A stretch of 63,705 nt of DNA, filler included, from Octopus bimaculoides (GCF_001194135.2; 4 parts of 4 records of this genome joined end to end with filler, not necessarily neighbours in it); one strand, 5' to 3'. Positions 24,580 through 36,890 are shown, counted from the whole stretch's first letter. Notes: generated by a model from the letters alone, not told the origin. Numbers and translations: made by a program.

Positions 24580-24750
24580 TGGTGTGAGTGTGTGTGTCTC
24601 TGTGCACGTCTCTATGTGTGTTTGTATATACATGTGTTTGTGAGTGTGTGTGCCGTTTTTGATCGGTCCCAGAGTTTATTGTGGCGTGTGTATATAGGTC
24701 TGTGTGTCTTTTATATTTGGTTGGATGGTGTGTGTATATGTGTGCACGTT

Positions 24751-24788
<38 letters not shown>

Positions 24789-26281
24789 ATGTGATTAATA
24801 TTAGGGCGTTGTGTGTGCGCATGTGTGTATGTGTTTGTTCGTGTGTGTATATGTGCGCGTCTGTGTGTGCATGTGTATGTTTGTGTGCTTTGTGTTGGTG
24901 GGGATGTTATGTGTGTGTACGTGAGTGTGTGTGTGTCTCTGAGTATGTTTGTGTTGTTATAATTGTCCTGGTGGTGTGCGTGTGTATGTGTGTGATTAGC
25001 ATTTGTCAGAGTGTTGTATGTGCGCATGTGTGTGTGTTTGTTCACGTGTGTGTATGTGCGCGTCTGTGTGTGTGCGTGTGTATGTTTGTGTTTTGTGTTG
25101 GTGGGGATGTTAGGTGTATGTACGTAAGTGTGTGTGTATGTGAGAGTGTCTCTATCTGAGTATGTTTGTGTTGTTTTAATTGTCCTTGTGGTGTGTGTGT
25201 GTGTGTGAGTGAGCAACTGTATGTGTGAGGGTGCATATGTATGTGTGCGTCTGTGTGTGTGCGTTTGTCTGTTTGTGTGTTTTGTGTTGGTGGGGATGTT
25301 GTGTGTGTGTAGGTGAGTGTGTGTGTGTCTCTGTCTGCTTGTGTTGTTTTAATTGTCCTTGTGGTATGTGTTTGTGAGCAACTGTATGTGTGTGTGAGGG
25401 TGCATATGTATGTGCGTGTAGCTATGTGTAAATGTGTATGTGTGTGTGAGTGTGTTGTATTTATCAGGGGTTCTGTGTGTGTCCGTGTGTTGGGTTTATC
25501 CGGGTAGTTTGTATGTGCGTGCATGTGCGTTTTGTGTATGTGGGTATGGTTTATGTAGTTTCCGGGTGTGTGTGTGTGTGTGTGCACATGTGTGTGCGTG
25601 CGCTGTATTTGTGAGTGATTAGTTTTGTTTGTATTGTTAGTGCAGTGTGTATGTAGACGTGTGGGTGTGTTTGTGTGAGTGCGTCTATATGTCTTGTATT
25701 TGTCGGGGAGGTGTGTCATTGAGTGTGTGCATGCTTGTGTGTATGTGAGTTTGCGAGTGTTTGTTGGGATTGTTGGGATTGTATTGTGTGTATATGTTTT
25801 TTTTTCTTTTGAGTGTGTGTGTGTGATTTTTTTACTGGGGAACGGGCGTATTGTGTTTGTGTATGTGTGTGTATGTGTACATATGCGTGTGCGTTTGTGT
25901 GGGTTGTGTTGCATTTGCGTGTTTGTGTGTGTATCTGCGTTTGTGTAAATGTGATTTGTAATTGTCGGGGTGGTGTGTGTAGGTGTGTGCATGTACATGT
26001 TTATATATGTGTGTATGTGTGTGTAAGTGTTGGTTATGGTTGCTAGAATCGTATTGTAAGTGTATATATGTATGTTTTTTCTTGGAATGTGTGTGGGTTT
26101 GTGCTCTAGCGTGGGATATTGTGTTTGTGCCTGTGTGTATATGTATGTGTGTGTGTTTGCGTCGGAGGTTTGCATTGTATTTGTGTGTGTGATTTTGTAC
26201 ATCTGTATGCGTTTCTGTGTGTGTCTGTTTTGGGTGTGGACCTGGGGGGGGGTATGTTAGAGTATGTTGAGTTGTGGTCTG

Positions 26282-26322
<41 letters not shown>
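24580..26322. repeat. GT-rich compound minisatellite with about 190-200-bp higher-order units, ending in (CA)n
   Basis: Anchor tgtgttggtggggatgtt recurs at about 24891, 25095 and 25284. Confidence 0.85.
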
Positions 26323-26324
<2 letters not shown>

Positions 26325-26333
26325 GCAGTTAAC

Positions 26334-26543
26334 TTAAAGAGGCAGCCAACACATTTGATAACGAGTTTTAAATTTTGCCTAAAACTTCTCATAAATTCTT
26401 AGTTATATTTAACCATGCGCAATAATTAGAAACTATATAAACCGTAATAATTATAATCATTTGTTTTCACTTATTTACTTCCAGAAGAAATATATCTAAA
26501 GTATCTTTATTCAAGGATGAGTAGTTTTTCATAAAATCCGTTC
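26334..26543. mobile_element. Possible TTAA-AG terminus of a Kolobok-like non-autonomous element (one end only)
   Basis: ttaa-agaggcagccaac directly after the (CA)n tract; partner end not found. Confidence 0.25.
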
Positions 26544-28323
26544 AAACACTGTCAATGTGAAATGAAGCATCTTGCTCAAAGACGCAATGCGCTGCTAAGT
26601 CTGATTTTGATCATGAGCTGAATACATTAATCTCTAGGCTACTCTGAAAGAAATAGCATAATAAAAAGGAGATAGTTATTAATTATTCTTAAGAATATTG
26701 TTTTATGAAATCTACAGTAAAATAATTATTTTTGCACCATAAATTACAGACTAAGGTTTATTAAATATTTCACGAATTATTCTTTCTGATTTCATTTTTA
26801 GTTTTCCTGTCTTTCAAGAAAAAAGATCATTCACTTAAGAAAAGCTTATTAACCACAAGAGAAATTACGACATTTCATGTTTGAGAACTTCAATACTTGT
26901 ATTTTCATCTGCAGCTTGTGAATGAAGTATTTCTACTCAATCTTTGNNNNNNNNNNNNNNNNNNNNNNNNNNNNNNNNNNNNNNNNNNNNNNNNNNNNNN
27001 NNNNNNNNNNNNNNNNNNNNNNNNNNNNNNNNNNNNNNNNNNNNNAGAATAATTAATAACTATCTCCTGTTCAAGTAGGTATACTAAAGCCTATACTTTG
27101 CTGAAGAGGGTTAATAAAATTTAAACATATTCAAAATTGTCTCTCTTACTAAAATAAGAATAATTAATAACTATCTCCTTTTTATTATGCTATTTCTTTC
27201 AGAGTAGCTTAGAGATTAGACGCTACACTAAATGTATTAACCCTAGCTATATGAAACTCCTGTAAACTTAGAAATTTGCTTAAATGTTAAATATTAAACG
27301 TTTAGATTTCAATTGAATGGGTTTTTTCAATAAAGACATCCATTCAGTTCTCTCCTATCGACTGATTTAGTTTATTTAATTATGTTAGTCGCTAGCGTGT
27401 ATTGTAATATATGTAGATAATTCTGAGATTATAGTGGCGTCAATATTCTTTCATTCGAAAGTTGTAAGGATCTATATATTTTATATACATCAGGGTTGAA
27501 GTAACGGACATTGGCACCAAGCCACACGTTTATGGGCGAAGATAACAGTGAAATGAATTGTTGTCAGTACATATCTGGTACATACTTTATATATAAAAAC
27601 GTGTATTACTGAGAGAAATTATTTATAATGAAGTAATTCTCGTCACTAAATGATTCCATCATCACTGTTCAAGTAGGTATACTAAAGCCTATACTTTGCT
27701 GAAGAGGGTTAATAAAATTTAAACATATTCAAAATTGTCTCTCTTACTAAAATAATTAACATGTTAGTCTCTGAATTAAAATTGTCTTTTCCTCATCACA
27801 CAAGTGTTTCTAATTATATTCTAGACGCTACACTAAATGTATTAACCCTAGCTATATGAAACTCCTGTAAACTTAGAAATTTGCTTAAATGTTAAATATT
27901 AACATTTACCAAGTAAACGACAAAGATTGAGTAGAAATACTTCATTCACAAGCTGCAGATGAAAATACAAGTATTGAAGTTCTCAAACATGAAATGTCGT
28001 AATTTCTCTTGTGGTTAATAAGCTTTTCTTAAGTGAATGATCTTTTTTCTTGAAAGACAGGAAAACTAAAAATGAAATCAGAAAGAATAATTCGTGAAAT
28101 ATTTAATAAACCTTAGTCTGTAATTTATGGTGCAAAAATAATTATTTTACTGTAGATTTCATAAAACAATATTCTTAAGAATAATTAATAACTATCTCCT
28201 TTTTATTATGCTATTTCTTTCAGAGTAGCCTAGAGATTAATGTATTCAGCTCATGATCAAAATCAGACTTAGCAGCGCATTGCGTCTTTGAGCAAGATGC
28301 TTCATTTCACATTGACAGTGTTT
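26544..28323. repeat. 403-bp apparently perfect inverted repeat (26544-26946 and 27921-28323)
   Basis: aaacactgtcaatg...ctcaatctttg is the reverse complement of caaagattgag...cattgacagtgttt; the left arm ends exactly at a gap. Confidence 0.9.
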
Positions 28324-28711
28324 ACTCCGCTAAAAATGAGTTCTAATGCAGCCCTTTCTCTCTCCAGCTGTCACGACCTAGATGTTCCGTTCGGCGAAAG
28401 ATGGAGAGAACGTCTATATAAGTTCGCCGCTACACAGGCATCTAAAATACTTTGTCAAAGCATGGTACATGTTAGCTGACTCTCATTCTACAACTCTTTT
28501 TCATAAGGACTGCTTTTAGTATGAGGAAGAGAACGCGCGCGCGTGTGTGTTTGTGCGTGTGTGTTTGTGCGTGTGTGTTTGTGCGTGTGTGTTTGTACTT
28601 GATATATAGTGTGATGCAAATTGATAATATTGATGTGACACTAATGAACGCCAACCGGTATCAATCGCAGTGTCTTGGTTATGTGGGGATTTGGAGTCTC
28701 CTCTTCTATTC

Positions 28712-28982
28712 TAGGGTTACGGTTACGGTTTTAAAGTTAGAGTTAGGGTTAGGGTTTGGGGATTAGAGTTAGGGTTAGGGTTTTAAGATTAGGGTTGGGG
28801 TTTTAGAGTTAAGTTTAGGGTTTTAAGGTTATGTTGGGGTTAGGGTTTTAGGGTTTGGTAAGGGTTTTAAAGTTAGGGTTAGGGTTAGGGTTTTAGGATT
28901 AGGGTTAGGGTTTTTTCGAGTTAGGGTTAGGGTTGGGGTTGGGGTTTTAGGGTTAGGGTTAAGGTTGGGATTTTAGAGTTAG
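28712..28982 (+). repeat. Degenerate interstitial (TTAGGG)n array
   Basis: Runs of ttagggttaggg interspersed with ttttag, ttgggg, ttagag and ttacgg variants. Confidence 0.9.
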
Positions 28983-31022
28983 AATTATGGAAAAATGTGA
29001 AAAATGAAGATATTGGAGGGGCCTCCCCCTCCAATTTCTTTCCGAAAATAGTAGCTGAAAAACAGGAAAAAAAAAACTAAAAGCAGTAGAAATGTACGAA
29101 CGATTATGGTGGTGCCATGAAGTAAACATGCTTCAGATATGCTCGTTTATTCATACAAACGTAACTGAGATGAAATATGTCATAAATAACAGTGACAAAC
29201 GAAATATACACCGCCGGAAGTTGTTGTTGCTGACAAACAGCAGTAATCTTATTCAGCTGAATACACGTCATTGATTGGTTGAAATTACCGAAATACTATA
29301 ACTTCGACACGAAATAACTTTGAAAATACAAACTTTTCTCAACAGCACTAAGAGTAAAAGATGTTTTATATGACACATTCTACCAGTGTCCCAAGTTTGA
29401 AAGTGTTTAGTTAGAAAAAATTAATTTCTCGATGTGCCGTTCAAAGAGAAAAGATCCTTAAATAGTTTATGATATCATAAATGAATACATTTCAGTATTT
29501 GTTTCAGAAAGTCTATTTTTACTGAATTATAAGCATGTTAAATTTTTATCGATTAATTACTACTTCATACAGTTTTATAGTAGGCATGTTGCATGTTGAC
29601 ATTCCCAATTATGCATATCGGCCGTCATTGTTTGTTACCCTCCTATATAAACTTCCAGTCAATGGTTTTGAGAAATTATTGATGATTGTTATAAAGATTT
29701 TTAGACACAATGTCAGAAGTATATATACGACTGAATAAATTTATTTAGTTTCAAGTCACTCTGATCAAAGCTGATTTATGACAGAAAATTTTCCAATAGT
29801 TACCATTCTAACATTTGTCAAGACACAGTTCATCTACGACTACCTTATACAATATGTCATTCGTTTTTTTGTTTTTTTTTTATGACGTTAGGGTGTGATT
29901 CTAGGGTGATGTACCTGCTATTTCTAGAAAATCATGCAATCATCCATTGTTTTCCTCACTGATATTATGCTGTATACCCTCACTTTTTTCAATTATTTTA
30001 CTTCGATTACTTAGAAAATTCGACAGGAATCAATTCACATCTATGTAGCTATGATTACGAAATTGTCTTTTAATTAAATTAATTAGATTTCCAAAACCCT
30101 TGCGGTTTCGATTCCAATATTCGGACCCTAACACACGTAAAAATTTTAGTTCAGCGATCATTTTAAATAGTACTAGGTAATGTGAGAGGTCTTGAAACCA
30201 TGTCACTGTACAGTGACTCGGTGCAAGGCTGTATTTCTTTATGCTCAGAAGTGAGCCGGGTATTAGCCGATGGCAGCCAGTAATCGCTCTCAACAACAAT
30301 TCCATAATACAGTTCTATATTTAAGAGATGAGGAATTATGTACATTATTTACATTATTTACATTCAACAAATATCCGTCGAATGTAAATAATGTAAATAA
30401 TGTAAATAATGAACAATTCCATAGTTCTTGGCGTCTTACGTCAATGGTTTCACGAAGCTATCACAGCGATCCACGCCAATCTACTTGTGTTATTGATTAC
30501 TGTTACGAGAAATACAAAATTAAATTGACTTTAGCAATTTTTTTGCTAATTTAGTGGTACTTATTTTATCGACATTTGTAAATTTTCAACTACATAACCC
30601 TCTCAATTAACTAGCGCTGCCACTCCGAACATCAATACTGAATTTTCAAAACAAAGCTGTGCAATGCAAATGACAATAAGCTAAAACAATTCTTGTGTAA
30701 TTTAAACCGAACATGTTCGTATATAACTACTGAAATGATAAACTTCCAAGATTTAAATATGCTTTGAAAATGATTTAATTTAAATCTCCGAAATGCTGTA
30801 GCTCTTTGATTTTTAATTAATTTAATGTTTTGTTTTCTCTTTCAAGAGAGAAAAAAAATTATTTATTTAATGAACAATATATTGGTAATTTATAAAGGAA
30901 AGGAAATAATTATAATTTATAAGGACATAGAATTCAATAAAAAGAAGGTTGGCAAATTCGACAACACAGAAATACAACATAACACACAAATATAGAAATA
31001 TGGCGAACTAACTAGAGAGAAG

Positions 31023-31023
<1 letters not shown>

Positions 31024-31068
<45 letters not shown>
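31024..31068. repeat. (GATA)n microsatellite at the 3' junction of the Tx1-like LINE
   Basis: Direct reading. Confidence 0.95.
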
Positions 31069-31377
31069 ATTTCTTTATTAGCGACGCAGGGCCGAACACA
31101 AAGGGGACAATACAATGTAGAATTTTTCTTTCTCGAAATCGATCAAAAGGGAGCGAAAACCCGTATTTTTTTTTTTTTTTTTTTTTGACGTGTAAACAGG
31201 GAAATATTACACAGTCGTTGTTAACAATTAGAGTTCCTAATAGGGGAGGAAATGTGACATTAACTAGGTTTATCCGTGGAAAGAAAAACCTACGAAAAAG
31301 AACCACGGTAACCTCGGAAACGAAAAAGAAAAACATTAACATGAGAGCAAGGCGCTATCTCTCTCTCTCTTTCTTTT

Positions 31378-34300
31378 TTATAAGTTCATGCTCAAAGTGG
31401 TTCCGTCATTTATTTGTACCATTCTTGCCACATTCACCCACATTTTGTTGAACCTTTCATNNNNNNNNNNNNNNNNNNNNNNNNNNNNNNNNNNNNNNNN
31501 NNNNNNNNNNNNNNNNNNNNNNNNNNNNNNNNNNNNNNNNNNNNNNNNNNNNNNNNNNNNNNNNNNNNNNNNNNNNNNNNNNNNNNNNNNNNNNNNNNNN
31601 NNNNNNNNNNNNNNNNNNNNNNNNNNNNNNNNNNNNNNNNNNNNNNNNNNNNNNNNNNNNNNNNNNNNNNNNNNNNNNNNNNNNNNNNNNNNNNNNNNNN
31701 NNNNNNNNNNNNNNNNNNNNNNNNNNNNNNNNNNNNNNNNNNNNNNNNNNNNNNNNNNNNNNNNNNNNNNNNNNNNNNNNNNNNNNNNNNNNNNNNNNNN
31801 NNNNNNNNNNNNNNNNNNNNNNNNNNNNNNNNNNNNNNNNNNNNNNNNNNNNNNNNNNNNNNNNNNNNNNNNNNNNNNNNNNNNNNNNNNNNNNNNNNNN
31901 NNNNNNNNNNNNNNNNNNNNNNNNNNNNNNNNNNNNNNNNNNNNNNNNNNNNNNNNNNNNNNNNNNNNNNNNNNNNNNNNNNNNNNNNNNNNNNNNNNNN
32001 NNNNNNNNNNAAAGTGGTCCGAAAGAGGCAGGCCAGGTATTCATCGTCGACGCCCAGTGTCTCGCCAAAACGTCATCGCACCTAACCTCCACTAATCCTC
32101 TATAGAACGCCTTCGTGGAATTGAAGTCGCACAAGTTTGATCACGGACGGCAGAGTTGCTCGAGTGTATGGCGACACTCGCGGTGCCATTCTCCCAGCCT
32201 CGGTCTCTGTTTGGCCCACAATTGCAGTCCTGTCAAAAATGACGAACTGCGAGAAAGCACGTCTCCCAAACGGCGACCACACCTGTTCACCGTCATCTAT
32301 GAAACGCTGGAGATGTTGCAGTCTCAGCGCATGTCTGCGCATCATTAACCACGGCATGCCCAGCGCTCCATTTAGCGGATGTTGGCAGCAAATGGATCGC
32401 TTGACCATCGGAACGCTTCCATTCCACAAAAAGCTCAAGGTTATGCGTTCCAGTTTTGTAATGGTAGGGTCGGGACAGGGCACGACGGTCAGACGGTAGT
32501 AGATGATAGATGCGTTGTACGCATTTGCCACCTCCACCCAACCTTCTAGAGATAGCTTCCTCTCGGCCCATTGCTGGGAGAGAGTTGCCACACCTACTCG
32601 TTATCTCGTCCCAGTTCTTCTCCATTCGGAAGTCTGACGCCGAACCAGACGCCGAGCAATTTAACCGGTCCGTCGCTCCAGTGTCCTACGATGGAAACGG
32701 CATGGTCTTGCTTCTCCAGGTGCCGAGCCGCAAGCCCACTGACTTTTCCGAGTTAACTTTCGCTCCTGTTACCGCTTCATATTCTTTTAGTGTCTCGCCG
32801 ACCAGGTCGATATGCCTGTGGCTCAACACTATGGCGGTGACAACGTCCGCGTAAGCAAACACGCTCCTCCTGCATCCCAGTTCTCACGAGATGTCCCTCA
32901 GGGTCACCAGCTTCCGCAGTAGCGGCTCTAGACTCAAAACATACAGAAGTGACGAGAGGGGGCATCCTTGACGGACCGAACGTGTGATATTAAATGGTCT
33001 AGATAGATGTCCATTTACGCGAATTACCGAGCGGATGCCGCTGTATAAAGCAACGATCCAACATGGAAGACTGGACCAAAACCAGCCGCACTAAGGGCAG
33101 TCTTCAAGTATCGATGCTCGACCTTATCAAAAGCTTACGATTGATCCAAATTGCTCAGCGCCCCACCCATGCCAAGTTCCTTAACTACCCTGTCTATGAT
33201 GTAGTGCATCAGATGGAGGTTGATACTTCTGCCTGGCACGGAGCATGTTTGCGCCTTGTCGATCAGTTTTTTGGTGACAAGTGCCAACCACTCCAGCTAG
33301 CACCTTGGCCAAAATCTTCAAATCTGCGTTGAGCAGAGTGATGGGCCGGAAATTATCTATAACGACCCACTTGTTTGGGTCTGTCTTTAGCAGTGTCACC
33401 ACTCCTAGGCTCACTAAACTAGGGATACTCCCGTTTTGCTGCTAGTTGCAGTAGACTGTTTCCAAGACTTCTCCAAACAAATTTGGAATATGGCAATAAA
33501 GCTCGTAGGGTAGGCAACCCAAGCCCGGCGACTTGTCTCTCGCTCAGCCTGCCATTGCATTCCGTACATCTGCGGCTGTGATTGGACTTTCACAGTACTC
33601 CGCCTCTCTTGCCGAAAGTCATGGCAGGTCATGTAGGTAGGCACTAAAGTCTACCCTGCGTTCTGACCCACCAGTCGTCTCGAACACTCGGGCAAAGTGC
33701 TGCTGAAAGACCTCACACATCCTTTCACACTCGAGCAATTCGCGCCCCTGCTCATCCATCAAAGACCGAACGGTGCTTTGTTGCCACGTTGCGCTCCCGC
33801 CACCCGGGCCTCTCAGGCGGCTGCAATTCCTTCGTTTCTCAGAGCACGCATCCTACATCTGACAACGTAACCTTCGTGTTTGTCGTTGAAGTGTTGGTCC
33901 AGAGCCAACCTCGCGGTCAGCACGTTAGACGCGATGCCAGTTCTAAGTGCCTCTTTTAATTTCTTAACTAAGTCTCCCGCTATTCTATTTCGGTCTATCA
34001 CTAAAGCCTTGCTATACCTAACTGATTCTGCTTTGATTGCTCTCTTTAGGGCAAACCACCATTTGTTGTTGACGATAGCCCCGTCAACGCCCTCTTAACT
34101 AATGTGCTAATCCAGTCTCTGTAATCCGGTCGCGCCGAGAAAGACGCTTTCAGCTTCCAGTAACCGGGACCCTGTCTATGATTCTTATGTAAGTCTAACG
34201 TACAAGTCACGAATTTGTGATCTGTGTAGCTGACTATGTGAAATTGTGGACAACCTACACTATCACTATCCACTGTCCTACAGAATACTCTATCGAAAAA

Positions 34301-34865
34301 CGATCTGGACGACCCGATGTGGTTGATCCATGTCCACATTGGCACATTCGATAGTCCAGTTAGAAACGTCTGAGCAGGTCTATGAGGCATTTGCATCCCA
34401 TTCTCTTCCTAACTCTACCCGCATAGTCTAAATGCATGTCTAAGGTAGTCCAATCCCCCACTAAAAGTAAGAGTCGAGACGTTTCTAGGAAAACTTCTAG
34501 ACGTCGAAAGAAATCCGGCCGACCTGATAAGGACGTGCATACACTGTTAGTCGGATAGCACAGCCGTTACTGCCATCGACATCCAAGACGACCAACCTGC
34601 CCTCCGGAATACTGCCCTTACTTTCAGATCCAAACTCTTTCGAAATAGTACCGCAATACCACTACCGCCCATTCTTGGCAGACACGGGGAAAATAAATAT
34701 CGAATTGTCTTCTGAATATGGACTGGAGGGTCCGCGAGTTAGAGAGTCTGGTTTTTCGTTGATGGCTATGATATCTACATTTTGTGACTTGATGTCGTTT
34801 AACAGGTAACCTTGTTTCCAAGGCCACCCCAAGCCACGCACATTTATACTACCTATCTTGAGCAT
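31378..34865 (-). pseudogene. Tx1-like ORF2 (APE endonuclease plus reverse transcriptase), frameshifted
   Basis: MLKIGSINVRGL (34865), YTDHKFV and GPGYWKL (about 34150-34240), NFRPITLLNADLKILAKVLA (about 33300-33360), VRQGCPLS (about 32950-32975), YADV for YADD (32842-32853), FLWNG and GALGMP (about 32350-32430). Confidence 0.9.
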
Positions 34866-34933
34866 GAATCTGACAAAATTTGTTTCTGACACAAAGCGAA
34901 AATAGAAAGTGCGAGAGAGATAAAGAGATTCAC

Positions 34934-36732
34934 TTACTGTTTCGAAAGCTGGGGACTTTCCTCCTCAGTTTCCGTGAGGAGATTTCTATATAGTTTTTTG
35001 GATAAATGTTTTTGAAATCTCCCTACTGCATTAGGGTAGAGAAATTTCATTAATTTGCGTGTGTTTAGCGTGGTGTGTATTATTTGTTTGTGTTGTGGTG
35101 GTGTGTATGGGTGGTTGTTTTTAACATTGTTTTCCGTTATGTAAGTGTGCCACCTGATTTATTGCATCAGGTTCAAATTGTTAGTGTTAATTGCTCTTAG
35201 CATTGTGGGATTACTTTGCGTTTGTATGTTTGTAGAGTCGTTGTTTGTATTGTTGTATGTGGAAGTTTTGTTGAGGGGAGTAGTAAATCTCCCTGCTTTG
35301 TTTGGCTGAATAGTTGTTCTTTTTCCCCATTTTTCCTCACGTGGTCATTTGCCATTCTTCAGTGTCACCCTCATCAGACGACACGTCAGAGGAATCAGAA
35401 AGTGTGAGAGGAAGTGTATGTATTGGGGTCGAATTGTATGTGTGTTAATGTTGATGTTGTTGTTGTTGTTAGTGCTGGTTGGTGGCTGTTGAGATGTGGA
35501 GTATGGGTTATCGGGGATGAGGGGTTAGTCTTTTCCTTTTTTCCTGGTTTTGGTGCTTCTTCTATAGTTGTTGTTGGTGGTGATGGTGTTGCTTCTGTTC
35601 TTGATGACGCTGATGGTGTTGTTGGTTGGTTTGTTGGTTGGTTGAGTTGTTTCATTTGTTGGTAATGTTGTTTTGTCAGTTGAGCTAATGGTGGTGTGGG
35701 TAACAATGCTGGTTTGCTATTGAGTTTTTGGTTTTGTTGTTGTAGTTGTTATTGTTCTTTTTGTTTTGATAATCGGCTGTCTAGTTTGAGATGGTTTTTG
35801 CTACCATAAAAGTATCAACGTGGCCTTCTGCCTTCAACGGCCACATGTAGGGTCGTGCCATCTGGAAGTTTAATTAAATCTGGGAAATTTTCAATTGTTT
35901 CTTCATTTGCCTGGATTTAGAGCTCTAACCCTGTCCAACTCAATTTTGCTGTTCCACGACAGCAATTTATAATATGTTAATTTGTTCTTCAAAATCTTAA
36001 CAGATGACTGACACCAGCCATCTTATTTCCATTTCAGGGGGCACATCTTTAATTTTTACCTTTGTCACCCGACGACCGAGGTAAGTGGGAATCATTATAA
36101 ATTCCTCGCATTCCAGAATTTTTGTTGAGAGTTCTATTGTGCGCTCTTCTGTGTCGAATCTTACCTCGACCGTGGCAAATCTTTTGCTCTTTGCGGTATA
36201 TTTTTTGTAAGCTCATATGGGCCGTAGACATTCTTCAGCTGCTTGTTGAGTGGCCTGTTCCAGTCTTTTAGTTTTTATGTTCAGGGTTTTATAAATTATG
36301 TTCTTTTTTAATGTCCTGCAAAATGTTTTGTGGGGTATTTAGTTTTATTGTTCTGTCTTCTTTGTTTAATAACTGTTTGCATTGTAGTAGTTCCTCTGTT
36401 GTGGTCACATGTCATTTTTGCCTTAAAATAGAAGCAAAATTACTTTGTTCATGTTGGTAGTGGCAGTATTGGTGGCAGTGGTGGTGGCAGTGGTGATGGC
36501 AGTGGTGATGGCAACGTTCATTGTCTTAGACGTGTATTCATTTTGTCTGCTTTCCATTCCCACTCGTTCAGAAGGAAAGCTTACGTCAAACTGTGTGTTG
36601 TCGTTGTTTTCCAATTGATGTGAGCGAAAGTGAATTGACATTTTCTATTTTACTTGTTGTCGTTGGCAACAAATGAAATTCCTCGTTGAAATTGGTTACT
36701 GAGACGCTGTTGATCTCAAAATGGCTAGCCAT
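34934..36732 (-). pseudogene. Tx1-like ORF1 (gag-like, degenerate CCHC knuckle, T/P/Q-rich linker)
   Basis: ATG at 36732 (MASHFEINSV...); LPDGTTLHVAVEGRRPR*YFYGSKNHLKLDS has C-x2-C-x4-H-x4-C spacing; about 74 open codons end ...TETEEESPQLSKQ-stop at 34934. Confidence 0.6.
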
Positions 36733-36890
36733 ATTTTTTCACAAACGAGATTTTTGAAGATGCAATTTTAAAATCCTAGGGCGAATTTTCTACAGAAGAA
36801 ACTCGCCCAGGCGAAAGCAGATGTTAAGCACCTCTTTCACAAAACATAAATTTTAAAGACTTACGAGGTACAACGTGACAACATCCAGTC

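Larger units (their letters stand above)
31069..36890 (-). mobile_element. Near full-length decayed Tx1/L1-clade non-LTR retrotransposon (5' UTR, ORF1, ORF2, 3' UTR with AATAAA)
   Basis: ORF2 APE and RT motifs, gag-like ORF1, C-terminal ERFNKMW...L-stop at 31378, aataaagaaat 3' end, (GATA)n on both sides; 550-N gap inside. The 5' boundary is approximate. Confidence 0.8.

Noticed and set aside
24855-25415. CRISPR-like repeat-spacer array
   Set aside because: Eukaryotic context, degenerate units without unique constant-length spacers, no cas genes.
24545-26202. 223-aa and 386-aa His/Thr-rich ORFs
   Set aside because: Translation of CA-rich repeat, which cannot easily form stops; no domain signal.
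30202-30217. Perfect 16-bp palindrome gtcactgtacagtgac (also the 12-bp atggctagccat at 36721)
   Set aside because: About one 16-bp palindrome is expected by chance in this much sequence.
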